A stretch of DNA of 64,000 nt, from positions 312,027 through 376,026 of the forward strand of contig JBMNIW010000008.1 of NCBI GenBank assembly GCA_050951325.1. Reading direction: 5' to 3'. Below, in pieces: positions 18,792-29,249 of this stretch. Source of the DNA: Clostridia bacterium. Lineage in GTDB: Bacteria; Bacillota; Clostridia; UBA1212; DUPL01. The translations under genes were made by a program, and so were the position numbers. Numbering within the stretch: the first letter of the stretch is position 1; every line of letters begins with the position of its first letter. The notes beneath the pieces were generated by a model, which saw only the letters and a list, made by a program, of their open reading frames with translations, did no database searches and had not been told where the DNA came from.

Positions 18792-19784
18792 ATGAAAAGA
18801 AAACTTGCCATGCTTCTCACACTACTATTAATTACCTCTTTGGCAGCCTGTGATACAGCAAAAAATCCATACGAAGGAGCCAATAGCATGCAGTTGATAC
18901 CTGATGCTCAATTTAGTACCGGCTTTGTAGTCAAAAGCCAGAAGGACCACAAGAACAAGGACAAAGTAGTTGATTTGGGTGTATTCCCCTATGACAAGGA
19001 TAAAGCATCTGCCCGTTGGAGCATTGCCCAATGGGATTCAGGTCCCTGTCTGTGGGAGAACAGAAAAACTGATATGCCTGATAATGTGCTGACAAATGGC
19101 ACGGACAAGAAAGTGGAGATTAAAAAGGGTCAGGTTTCTCTGTATCTTGACTCTTCCGGCTACTACCAGGGAAATCCTGCCATACAGGGCGACTACTGGC
19201 CGCATCTGCTGATTGAACAAGGATCCTTTGCATACAAAAAGCTCAGCAATGAGGAAAAGATATTCTATCATGCCGATTCTGAAGCCATGGTTCTTGAGTT
19301 TGATATCCGTCTTACAGAATATGAAAAAACTGAAATAAAAGGAGACTGGGTAAGAGCTGCACAGCTTCTTATGTATTTTTATGTGCGAAGCGGCAAAGGA
19401 GATTTCTTGTGGTTTGGATTGCAGCTTTTTGACAACAGAAGCGACAATACCGAACACTACATAGGCTATGATGGCGGAAAAGCAGATGCATCAGGTGCAA
19501 TGATTTATTCAATAGGTTCCAGACATGTGTACAAAAACAGCAAAAGAACCCTTTGGAAGAATAAATCACCTCACCCTTCAAATGAGTGGATACATGTAAA
19601 AATAAATATTCTTCCATATATTGAAGATGCTTTCAACAAGGGAAAAGAAGACGGATACTTTAAAGCAGAAGATATAAGTGAATTATATATTGACGGCATG
19701 AACTATGGTTTTGAGACAATAGGCACCTTCAAACACAGTGCGGATATAAAAAACTTGTCTTTGACATCATACAGGTATGATTAA
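18792..19784 (+). CDS. Uncharacterised lipoprotein (aromatic-rich, possibly glycan-active)
   Basis: GGAGG RBS; MKRKL..LAAC lipobox; no family recognised. Confidence 0.75.
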   Translation: MKRKLAMLLTLLLITSLAACDTAKNPYEGANSMQLIPDAQFSTGFVVKSQKDHKNKDKVVDLGVFPYDKDKASARWSIAQWDSGPCLWENRKTDMPDNVLTNGTDKKVEIKKGQVSLYLDSSGYYQGNPAIQGDYWPHLLIEQGSFAYKKLSNEEKIFYHADSEAMVLEFDIRLTEYEKTEIKGDWVRAAQLLMYFYVRSGKGDFLWFGLQLFDNRSDNTEHYIGYDGGKADASGAMIYSIGSRHVYKNSKRTLWKNKSPHPSNEWIHVKINILPYIEDAFNKGKEDGYFKAEDISELYIDGMNYGFETIGTFKHSADIKNLSLTSYRYD

Positions 19785-19785
19785 G

Positions 19786-20370
19786 CTATTGCTCCCAACC
19801 ATATTCTCCTTTTAGTTCCACAAACCTGACCCAACCCACGTTCTGCATGTTTATGCCTTTATCCGTCTTTGTCACAAGCAACAGCTTCTGCGACTCCGGA
19901 GAGCCTACTGGTATGACCATCCTGCCGCCAACCTTAAGTTGGTCTACCAGCTCTTTGGGTAGAACCCTTGCTGCACAAGTCACCATAATTCTGTCATATA
20001 GGGCATGTTCTTCCCATCCCTTGCTTCCATCCCCTGTTTTGAAATAAACATTTGTAAAGTTTAGTTCTTTAAGTCTCTGTTGAGCTTTGTCCATCAACTC
20101 TTTTATTCTTTCTACGGTATAGACTTCTTTAGATATTTTTGCAAGTATGGCAGTCTGAAAACCTGAACCCGTTCCAATCTCCAAAACCTTGCTGTCATTA
20201 TCAGGAGACAGAAGCTTGGTCATTTCAAGCACAAGACTTGGTTGCGAGATGGTTTGTCCATAACCTATGGGTATAGGAGAATCATAATCGGCATATTTTT
20301 TCATGTCATTTTCAATAAAGAAAGATCTGTCTAATGAGTAAAAGTATGTTTCAAGTTCTTTAAAATTCAC
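19786..20370 (-). CDS. pcm: Protein-L-isoaspartate O-methyltransferase
   Basis: GQTISQP, VLEIGTGSGFQ, GDGSKGW, YDRIMVT, VRFV motifs. Confidence 0.93.
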   Translation of the reverse strand: MNFKELETYFYSLDRSFFIENDMKKYADYDSPIPIGYGQTISQPSLVLEMTKLLSPDNDSKVLEIGTGSGFQTAILAKISKEVYTVERIKELMDKAQQRLKELNFTNVYFKTGDGSKGWEEHALYDRIMVTCAARVLPKELVDQLKVGGRMVIPVGSPESQKLLLVTKTDKGINMQNVGWVRFVELKGEYGWEQ

Positions 20371-20584
20371 ATCAATACACCTCGCTTGATAAAAATATTA
20401 TTCCAGCAAACTGTTCCCTTTAACCTTCATTAAAAATTTGAGTATTAGTTACATCAAATATGAAAACTCCATTTCGTACCACCCAAATCCAGTATATCAA
20501 ACTTTTTTGGATTGCGAAATTGGAACTTGTAACACAAAAAGGAAATTGGTATAATTTTTTATACAGTGAATAGGAGGTATTTTT

Positions 20585-20839
20585 ATGAACTGCTACTACA
20601 TAATCGGAGTAAGAATGGACAACAGAGTTGGCAATGCAGCAAAGTTTCAAGAAACTCTTACAAAAAACGGATGCAAAATAAAGGTTCGCTTGGGTTTGCA
20701 TGAAGTAAGCGAAGATGCATGTTCAAATGATGGCATCATAGTATTGCAACCTTACGGAAACAAGGAAGATGTGGAAGCTTTGGTGAACGAACTCAACAGT
20801 CTTGAAGGAATAACTGCCAGCTATCTTGATTTGAACTGA
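20585..20839 (+). CDS. Small conserved protein (ACT/ferredoxin-like fold suspected)
   Basis: GGAGG RBS, 84 aa, GCKIKVRLGLHE; followed by a terminator. Confidence 0.7.
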   Translation: MNCYYIIGVRMDNRVGNAAKFQETLTKNGCKIKVRLGLHEVSEDACSNDGIIVLQPYGNKEDVEALVNELNSLEGITASYLDLN

Positions 20840-20845
20840 ATGAAC

Positions 20846-20880
20846 ACAAGCCTTCACAAAAATGTGAAGGCTTGTTTCTT
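20846..20880 (+). terminator. Intrinsic terminator
   Basis: ACAAGCCTTCACA-aaaa-TGTGAAGGCTTGT followed by TTCTT. Confidence 0.75.
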
Positions 20881-21109
20881 AACTACCTTATTAGTGCCCA
20901 TTCATCACCTTTGGTCGATGATACATTTTGAGACTTGATTCATGGTCGCCATTGACACTCCCCTTTACAAAGGGGATTCTTCGGTGGTAGTCAGAAGTCC
21001 ATTTCTGGCATCTGTAGTTCCCCGAAGTTTAGGGTGTGCCATCACCCCTCCCAAGACAGTGCTACAAATAATTATCCATGATTTAATAATTCTGATTATT
21101 CCAGATACA

Positions 21110-21207
21110 TACTGGTTTTTTTAATATTGGCAGTCTGTTAGTTTTCTTATATTTTTTTAAACACTTTTTGCATCTTGTATGGCTTGATTTTTAACCGTTA
21201 TCTTCAT
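21110..21207 (-). pseudogene. tnpB: tnpB remnant (N-terminal fragments only)
   Basis: GGAGG RBS; MKITVK..NQAIQDAKSV..RLPILKKPVCIWNNQNY, typical of a Firmicute TnpB N-terminus; fragments continue to ~21085. Confidence 0.65.
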
Positions 21208-21220
21208 AATACACCTCCTG

Positions 21221-21531
21221 TTACACGTTCTTTTGGTTTTCTATATATTTTTGTATTGCCTCTTCACTAACACAACCTATTGTGCAACAGAAATAACTCC
21301 GTGTCCAAAGCGATGGTATTCTACTTCTCAGCTTTGGGTATTTCTCTCTTAAAATCCTGCTACTTGTTCCCTTGAAATATCTTATTAATTCGTGCAAAGG
21401 TTGTCAAATAGCTGCCTTAAATCATCCGCTACACTTCCAACCAATACCTTTCTCCTGTATTTAGGACAAAATACTATATGGTATTGATTTAGATATACAA
21501 TTCCTTTTATATGTGTGTATTTATTGTTCAT
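21221..21531 (-). pseudogene. tnpA: tnpA remnant (HUH region deleted)
   Basis: MNNKYTHIKGIVYLNQYHIVFCPKYRRKVLVG..QPLHELIRYFKGTSSRILREKYPKLRSRIPSLWTRSYFCCTIG; aligns to 10659-11057 minus the DHVH segment. Confidence 0.88.
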
Positions 21532-21823
21532 TAGACACCACTCCTATCTAATTACAATACAACATATTGTCAGATAGGTGGCAAGTATCTAATGAGCCTT
21601 CATCCCACTGACTAAAGTCATGGGCTTTCGGCTAAAATCTGTTTAATATGTTGTACCTACGGTCAGGTTGCTCCATAAAGTATATTACAATTAACACCAA
21701 AAGGATTAGAATAATTGAAAATTTCAACACAATAAATATTAAAAATCTCCCAGTACATGATATAATATTGGATATATAAATAGAATGGATGTGGACTTTA
21801 AGGTGAAAAATGAAGGTGTTTTT

Positions 21824-23590
21824 ATGAGGAAGCTTTTTTTATTCGTAATCGCACTCCTGCTTGTTGGTTCAATTTGTGTTTTAGGCGATGATGCTGATGA
21901 AGCAACCAGATGGGTTGCTTCTGAAATGACATTCACCAGTGACAGGGATTATGATAATCCATTTTATGACGTTGATTTCGATGTGATATTCACGCATGAG
22001 GAAACAGGTTATGTGCTGAAAGTTCCAGGTTTTTGGGACGGTGGCAGAACATTCAAGGTAAGGTATGCATTAACCAAGACCGGTGAATGGAGTTATGTAA
22101 CCATATGCTCCGACAAGAGCAACAAAGGGCTTGCATGATAAATCGGGAGAAGATAAAGTGTGTGGAATATAAAGGAGAACTGGAAATATACAAAAGAGGG
22201 TTTGTTAAAACAGATCCCAAACTTAGATACTTTCGTATATGATGATGGAACACCTTTTTTCTATCTGGGAGATACCCACTGGTTCCTTGGGGAAGAGGAT
22301 ATGTCCTCCCCTGAGTCCATGTTTTATGCCATAGTTGACCATAGAGTCAAACAAAGATTTACCGTCTATCAATCCGAACCCCTTGGAGCACCATATAATC
22401 TTGCGGATGGATTTTCGTCGGCAGATCTTGTAGGGTTTTGGAATCTTGATGCCAAGTTCAAATATATTGCTGACAGCGGCCTTGTGCATGCAAACTCGCA
22501 GCTGTTCCATGTTACCGAGCTAATGAAATATTATAACCCCATATACGATGACGAGTATCTGGATAGATTGTGCAGGTACTGGGTCGCAAGATACAGTGCC
22601 TATCCGGTATTATGGACTACCGCTCAGGAAAGCGACAACGATTTCTATTACGAAAGAGGAGATTCAATTTTTGATGCGGAGAACAACCGGTGGGTAAAGG
22701 TTGCCGAGTTTACACACAAACACGATCCATACAAGCACCCGCTGACCGCACATATGGAGCACACCAGTTTTTGCATAGCAAGCGGTTCGTCCTTTAGGGA
22801 TTTGGAAGGACATACATGGTATGGTGCACAGTTTTCTTTTAATTACGACACCCCTATGCCATGGGACATCGTCAAGGATTACTGGGAAAATGGACAAGGA
22901 AAAGTAATTGTTAACTATGAAGGCAAATACGATCACCTTTGGACAATGACTTTTGGCGCAAGAGCTCAGGGATGGATTGCCTTTTTAAACGGCATGTATG
23001 GATATGGTTATGGAGCCCAAGGCATATGGGATGACTGGTTTAATAACGAAGATTCATATGATGGCAGGGATATTATAAAACCTGAAGACAAAATGGTTAC
23101 TTGGCAGGAAGCATTAAAGTTTCCATCTGGTGATCAGATGACCATTATGAGATCCTTCTTTGAAGAGTATGAGTGGTATAATCTTATCCCTAGGTTTGAC
23201 AATCCGGAATATATCAGTGGAGAGAGTTCATACAAGAATAAATACAAAGATCTTGTCAAATTCAAAAACACCCAGTACAGTCTGGCTTCCATAGACAACG
23301 ATTTGTACATACTGTATTTGTTTAATGACAGCATGTTTTCAGCAACATTAAAAGGTCTTGACAACACAATATATTCCGTTAAGTGGTTCAACCCTAGAAC
23401 TGGTGAGTACAGCAAGGAGAAAAATGTGTTCATCTTTAACAGAAAATACAATATTGGTGCAAAGCCGGATTATGAAGACTGGGTACTTGTGGTGGAGAAA
23501 AAGACATATATTTCATTTTACATGCTTATAGCTCTAATGTTGGTTGCGGTGACTCAAATTACAAGACAGGTGCGTAGAAAAAGGAAATAG
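21824..23590 (+). pseudogene. DUF5060/DUF4038 (GH140 apiosidase-like) surface protein, copy 1; interrupted by three +1 insertions
   Basis: PGFWDGG..FKVRY, DGTPFFYLGDTHW, YWVARYSAYPVLW, NYEGKY, WFNPRTG; N-terminal signal and C-terminal TM; extra bases at ~22128, ~22149 and ~22232 relative to the paralog. Confidence 0.78.
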
Positions 23591-23624
23591 TGCAAGGAAT
23601 AAAGGTGCCAAAATTAGGCGCCTT

Positions 23625-24209
23625 TTAGTTTATCATTTCCATCTTCTCATTAATATTATCCTCACTTGCAGCCATGGCATTAAGAGTCATTGCAAGAAGC
23701 CTGTCAAGATCCCAGCCAAGAAGGTCTGCACCGCGCTCAATAACTTCTCTTGAGCAGCCTGCAGCAAAGCTTTTTGTCTTGTATTTTTTCTTTAAGGATT
23801 TCAACTCCATGTCCTTTGTGCTCTTTGAAGGGCGCATGAGAGCGGCTGCCCATACAAGACCGGTAAGCTCGTCCACTGCATAGAGCACTTTCTCCATCTC
23901 ATGTACTGGAGAAATGTCAACCATTATACCGTATCCATGCGATACAACGCTGTGGATGACATCCTCACCCACACCACCTTCACGAAGGAGTTCAGGTGCT
24001 TTAACGCAGTGTTCCTCAGGATACATCTCAAAGTCAATATCATGCAAAAGCCCTACAATTCCCCAATATTCCATCTCTTCTTCATATCCTAGCTCCCTTG
24101 AAAACCACTTCATAACTTCCTCAACAGTTACAGCATGTCTGATATGAAACGGATCCTTGTTGTACTTCCTTAACAACTCGAATGCTTCTTCTCTTGATAT
24201 TGTTGACAT
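23625..24209 (-). CDS. HD-domain (HDIG-like) hydrolase
   Basis: H..TVE..LLHDID..H; RPSK; FAAGCSRE. Confidence 0.85.
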   Translation of the reverse strand: MSTISREEAFELLRKYNKDPFHIRHAVTVEEVMKWFSRELGYEEEMEYWGIVGLLHDIDFEMYPEEHCVKAPELLREGGVGEDVIHSVVSHGYGIMVDISPVHEMEKVLYAVDELTGLVWAAALMRPSKSTKDMELKSLKKKYKTKSFAAGCSREVIERGADLLGWDLDRLLAMTLNAMAASEDNINEKMEMIN

Positions 24210-24367
24210 AACTTTTCTCCTTTACAAACGAAAATAAATATAAATGCTTGTGCCACCAGGCTAAATTTTACCATATATATAAAGAAAGTCAATTTGACCC
24301 GTTTGATATTATCCCGTAATGTAGTACAATTAACATGACAAATGCGATGTATGGGAGTGAATAATCC

Positions 24368-25606
24368 ATGAGTATCTCTCCAAAGGATAAGGAAACCCTT
24401 AGAAAACTAGGCTGGCAGTACATGGAGATTGCCCTGCTGCCTGTGCACAGGGAAAAGCTTGAACTGTGGAAGGCTTTAAACCGCTGCAGGATGCAGCGCC
24501 CCATGGTTAGCATTGACCAAGTGCCATGGAATGAAATATGTGATGAGGAACTTGTTTGCCAGGTTGAAGACCCGTTCTTTATGCATATCGAACTGGAACT
24601 TAGAAGAAAAATTTATATGTGGAAGCACTTTCCTGTGGATATGGTTTTAGAACCTTACATAACCATACCTAAAATAGTGGGCAATACCGGATACGGACTT
24701 AGCGAAGACTCAAAAATCATTGCACTTAACGAGGGCACCACCGCACCATCAAGAAAATACAACCGGGTATTGAAAGACTATGAGGATATCGAAAAGATAA
24801 AGGATATGGAAATCACACAACACAAAGAAACATGCGATTATATTTACCAACAGGCAAAGGACATATTTGGCGGCATTGCACCGGTCATGCAAGGACACGG
24901 AATACAGTTCCATTTGGGAGTCTGGGACTTTTTAACAACATACATTGGTGTTGAGGATGCATATTATGAAATCATGGATCGCCCAGATTTTGTTCATGCC
25001 TGCTTGAAGAGAATTACAGAAGCAACAATCGCAGGTATCAAGAAGGCAAACGATTTGGAGGTCCATAACGATATCGCAAACACATGCCACTGCTCATACG
25101 TATATACCGATGAACTGTTGCCTGACTTTGGTGCAGGCAAAGGTCCTGTATCGTACAATTCATGGGCATTTGGCATGGCACAGCTCTTTTCCACAGCATC
25201 TCCCAAGGTTACCGAGGAGTTTGAGCTGCCATATATCTCGAAAATGGCAGAATATTTCGGCATGATATATTACGGCTGCTGTGACCGCCTTGATGACAGG
25301 CTTGATATTGTGAAAAAGATACCAAATGTACGAAAAGTATCCTGCAGTCCATGGAGCGATAGAAAAGCATTTGCTGAGAAGATTGGAGACAATCTTGTCA
25401 TGTCATTTAAACCAAATCCGGCATATGTAGCCGGAGGTTCGTTTGATGAGGATATTGTAAGGAAAGACCTCCGATACACGTTTGACCTGGCAAAAGCAAA
25501 CAACGTAAACCTCGAAATAATATTGAAAGACATATCAACAGTATGCTTTGACCCAAGCCGCCTGGCACGCTGGGCCAAAATTGCCATGGAGGTTGTACAA
25601 TCATGA
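24368..25606 (+). CDS. Uroporphyrinogen decarboxylase (URO-D)/MtaA-like superfamily protein
   Basis: G.EDAYYEIMDRPDFVH, SPKVTEEFELPY, YYGCCDRL, SCSPW, SFKPNP patterns of URO-D-like TIM barrels. Confidence 0.7.
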   Translation: MSISPKDKETLRKLGWQYMEIALLPVHREKLELWKALNRCRMQRPMVSIDQVPWNEICDEELVCQVEDPFFMHIELELRRKIYMWKHFPVDMVLEPYITIPKIVGNTGYGLSEDSKIIALNEGTTAPSRKYNRVLKDYEDIEKIKDMEITQHKETCDYIYQQAKDIFGGIAPVMQGHGIQFHLGVWDFLTTYIGVEDAYYEIMDRPDFVHACLKRITEATIAGIKKANDLEVHNDIANTCHCSYVYTDELLPDFGAGKGPVSYNSWAFGMAQLFSTASPKVTEEFELPYISKMAEYFGMIYYGCCDRLDDRLDIVKKIPNVRKVSCSPWSDRKAFAEKIGDNLVMSFKPNPAYVAGGSFDEDIVRKDLRYTFDLAKANNVNLEIILKDISTVCFDPSRLARWAKIAMEVVQS

Positions 25607-27289
25607 AAAAGATTCTGTTAACTGTAATAGCTTTTATACTTTTAGGCCTTGTAATTGTTTGCAGTAATGACATTGGCACAGTCAACCAGTGGGTTGCATC
25701 CGAAATGACTTTTGAAAGCGAACAAGACTATGCAAGTCCATTTTACGATGTAGACTTCGACGTAATATTCACTCACAAGAAAACTGGATTCGAACTTAAG
25801 ATCCCTGGTTTCTGGGATGGGGGCAAAGTATTTAAAGTAAGGTTTGCATTAACACAGGTTGGCGAATGGAGCTTTGTTACCGTATGCTCTGACAAAGATA
25901 ATACCGGGCTGCATAACAAGTCGGGGAGAATAATGTGTGTGGAATATAATGGAGAGCTTGAGATATATAAAAGGGGGTTTGTAAAGACAGATCCTAACCT
26001 CAGGTATTTCGTATATGATGATGGTACACCCTTCTTCTATCTGGGAGACACACATTGGGTGATTGGCGAAGAGGATATTTCCACACCCGAGTCCAAGTTT
26101 TATAAAATCATAGACCACAGGGTCAAGCAAAGATTCACCGTATACCAGTCACAACCTCTTGGAGTGCCATACTTGCTCTCCGATGGGGTTTCAGAAGATG
26201 ATCTCAAGGGTTTTCGGGCTCTGGATGTAAGATTCAAGTATATTGCCGATAGCGGTCTTGTGCATGCCAATTCACAGCTGTTTCATGTGCGAGAACTCAT
26301 GAAATATAAAATGCCGATGTACACTGATGAGTATCTGGACAGATTATGCAGATACTGGGTTGCCAGGTATAGTGCCTACCCGGTTTTATGGACGACTGCC
26401 CAGGAAAGCGACAATGACTTCTACTTTGAAAGAGGAGACTCAATTTTCGATGCAGCCAACAACCGATGGATAAAAGTTGCACAGTGCATTCATAAATACG
26501 ATCCATACAAACATCCTCTTACCGCACATATGGAACATACCAGCTTTTGCACAGCAAGCGGGTCGTCATTCAGAGATGTTGAAGGGCACACCTGGTACGC
26601 CGCTCAATTTTCTTTCAATTACGACATGCCTATGCCTTTGGACATAGTCAAGGATTACTGGGAAAACGGACAAGGAAAAGTAGTTATAAACTACGAAGGA
26701 AAGTACGACCATCTTTGGACAAAGACTTTTGGTTCAAGAGCCCAGGGCTGGATTGCCTTCCTGAATGGAATGTATGGTTATGGGTATGGAGCTCAAGGAA
26801 TATGGGATGTCTGGTTCAACAATGAGGACACATACGCGCTCCTTCTTAGAAGAACATGAATGGTGGAAACTAACTCCTAGATTTGATGATAAAGGATATA
26901 TGGAAAGCAGAAGTTCCTTTAGGAACGAATATAAAGAGCTGATAACACGCAAAAACATACACTACAGCCTGGCTACAATAGGCAACGACTTGTATGTACT
27001 GTACTTGTTTAATAACACAGTGCAGTCTGCTACTTTAAAAGGTCTTACAAATACAATTTATACTGCAAAATGGTTCAACCCAAGAACCGGTGAATACATT
27101 AATGAAAAGAATGTGTTTATACTCACAGGGAGGTATAAAATAGATGAAAAACCAGACAATGAAGACTGGATTTTTGTCATGGAGAAAAAAGTAAATATCT
27201 CCTTCTACATGATACTTTCATTTATGCTGGTTGTCATCACACAGCTTGCAAGGCAAATAAAAAGAGGAAAAAAAGAAGCCAGGATTTAA
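25603..27289 (+). pseudogene. DUF5060/DUF4038 surface protein, copy 2; frameshifted by an 89-bp deletion
   Basis: Close paralog of 21824-23590; junction at 26836/26837 lacks the segment equivalent to 23061-23149. Confidence 0.82.
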
Positions 27290-27313
27290 TTAATCTTGGC
27301 TTCTTTATGTTTG

Positions 27314-28528
27314 CTACTTGCTCATTGTTTGCAACAATACTTGAGTATAAGCACGTGCAAGAAAATCGTTTGGATGATTTACATTGTTGCCTGTCATATC
27401 ATAATATCTCTTGTACTTCAGTAATGCAGAATGGAACTCTGTCATGTCACACAAAGCAATACCTTCTTTGGTCATGGATTTAAGTTCGTCAGCAAACTTA
27501 TATTGGTTTCCGTAAAATCCTTGCACTTCCTCATTGGGAAGCATCGTAGCAACCAAAATAATTTCGCAATCTGGGTTATCTGCCAGAACACTGTCAATTA
27601 TCTGCTGAATCTGCTGCTTGTATGTTTGGGGAGGTGTGCCGGCATCATTCATACCAAATGCCAAAACAAGCAAATCAGGATTATGTTTGATTACATTCGT
27701 ATAGACAGTATCGGCACCCCAAGCAGTATTCTGTCCTCCAACAGCTGTGTTTTTGAATGTAATGTCATCATATCCGTATTTATCTTTTAGAGCATCAACC
27801 ATCATGTCAGAGAATCTGGGTACCCCCGGTCTTGCACCGATAAGTTTTGAAGAGTTAGCACCAACAGTTATGGAGTCACCAAAGAATACAATGTTCAATG
27901 GCTCTTTATTCTCCAGTTTGGATAATGTTTTTGGCAATTTGTCTCCCTGTGCCTGAGGTACATTTTCCTTCCAACCATCTATATGTACATAGGTTACAAC
28001 AATGTGGTGCTTGTGGAAAGTATCCCCTTCTCCAAATCTAATATAGCCACCACCAGTTCTGCCAAAAACATCAGAGCCGATTGTTCCATTTGCAGGATAC
28101 ATCCAGCTATATTTTACAGTCTTGATATCTCCATCTTTCTTGATTCTCAGCTTGCCATCAACCAGTTCATAGTCAACATTCTCTACATATGTATTTCTAA
28201 GGGTTGCATCATGCACGGCAATAATCTTCTCTGCTTTATACAATAGAGGAATATCGTCGATTGAACCGTCTTCATTCTCCAATGGCAAAACCGATTCATT
28301 GTACACAATATTTCCTTCCCAGTATGGAATTGTGTATTTATCAAGTTCATACTCTGAAGAGTCCAAGTCTTCCTCAGTATATTGGGAAAGAACCTCTTCA
28401 AGTGTAGGTGGCTTTGTAGGCTCCGGCGTTGGAGATGCTTTTGGATCTTTCTCTCCTGTCGTACTGCACGATACAGTAGTTAAAGTCAGTACGAGGACTA
28501 CGAATAATTTCAATGTCTTTTTTAACAC
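27314..28528 (-). CDS. SGNH/GDSL hydrolase lipoprotein (probable carbohydrate esterase)
   Basis: Lipobox TVSC, PT linker, FFGDSIT, AVGG, FGMND, NHP. Confidence 0.85.
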   Translation of the reverse strand: MLKKTLKLFVVLVLTLTTVSCSTTGEKDPKASPTPEPTKPPTLEEVLSQYTEEDLDSSEYELDKYTIPYWEGNIVYNESVLPLENEDGSIDDIPLLYKAEKIIAVHDATLRNTYVENVDYELVDGKLRIKKDGDIKTVKYSWMYPANGTIGSDVFGRTGGGYIRFGEGDTFHKHHIVVTYVHIDGWKENVPQAQGDKLPKTLSKLENKEPLNIVFFGDSITVGANSSKLIGARPGVPRFSDMMVDALKDKYGYDDITFKNTAVGGQNTAWGADTVYTNVIKHNPDLLVLAFGMNDAGTPPQTYKQQIQQIIDSVLADNPDCEIILVATMLPNEEVQGFYGNQYKFADELKSMTKEGIALCDMTEFHSALLKYKRYYDMTGNNVNHPNDFLARAYTQVLLQTMSK

Positions 28529-28739
28529 TTATGACCTCACCTTTCTTGTTATTATCAATTCAGTATCATTTTACAGGCGTAAATAAAAAAATGCGAGCAA
28601 TCGCAACTTCTCAAATTAACTATATCATTTTATATTCTTTTTGCAAGTATTTTTTTCAAAAAATGTACCAAGCCATTTTAATCATTGTATTTATTGAAGC
28701 TAACTATTCTAAATATTTATTGCAAACATCTCCGCTACA

Positions 28740-28915
28740 ATTAACCAAACAGTTTGGTCACATTCCCCAAGCACCAAGGATCGTCCAAACACCAAATGTA
28801 CTAAAGCTATATCGCTAGCTTCAGTAAGTTTTTACTTGCATTTACATCCCTATGATGTTGTTTATTCCATACAGTTGGCTTGTTGCTCATCTCACGATTT
28901 CATCACTCCTTTGGT
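28740..28915 (-). pseudogene. Third, highly eroded tnpB relic
   Basis: 28807-28857 reads HHRDVNASKNLLKLAI* (TnpB RuvC III C-terminus); AAGGAG RBS and GTG ~40 nt upstream. Confidence 0.5.
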
Positions 28916-29176
28916 CTTACTAGATAATACAAATCTACCAATCTGTCATTTTTGTTAATGTGTAAAAGTTTTTTCGGCAAACTTCTTCCCCCTAAGATTA
29001 AAAAATGATATAATAAGCTAACCCATAACATGATTTTTATCATGTCTATTAATAATACAATAAGTCGTTCGTCAATTCAGAAGACTCTTTTCTCGCAATA
29101 TCTCACAAAAACACATTCTATACTACATAAAATCACCATTTTTAAAACTTAAAAAATAATAAATGTAAAAAAGTCA

Positions 29177-29204
29177 TTGACAAATTCGTATTTTCCTATA
29201 GAAT
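29177..29204 (+). promoter_or_regulatory. sigmaA-like promoter
   Basis: TTGACA-N16-TAGAAT; the same layout recurs before the paralog (30107-30134, TTGACA-N16-TAAAAT). Confidence 0.6.
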
Positions 29205-29249
29205 TAATTTGCCAATTTAAAATAATTAATGAGGAAGGGATATCAAATT

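Larger units (their letters stand above)
20952..21642 (-). mobile_element. Non-autonomous IS200/IS605 derivative (~690 bp) retaining both ends
   Basis: LE hairpin GCCGAAAGCCCATGACTTTAGTCAGTGGG closely matches 11132-11160; RE GAATCCCCTTTGTAAAGGGGAGTGTCAA; deleted tnpA and tnpB inside; exact LE boundary uncertain by 2-3 nt. Confidence 0.85.
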
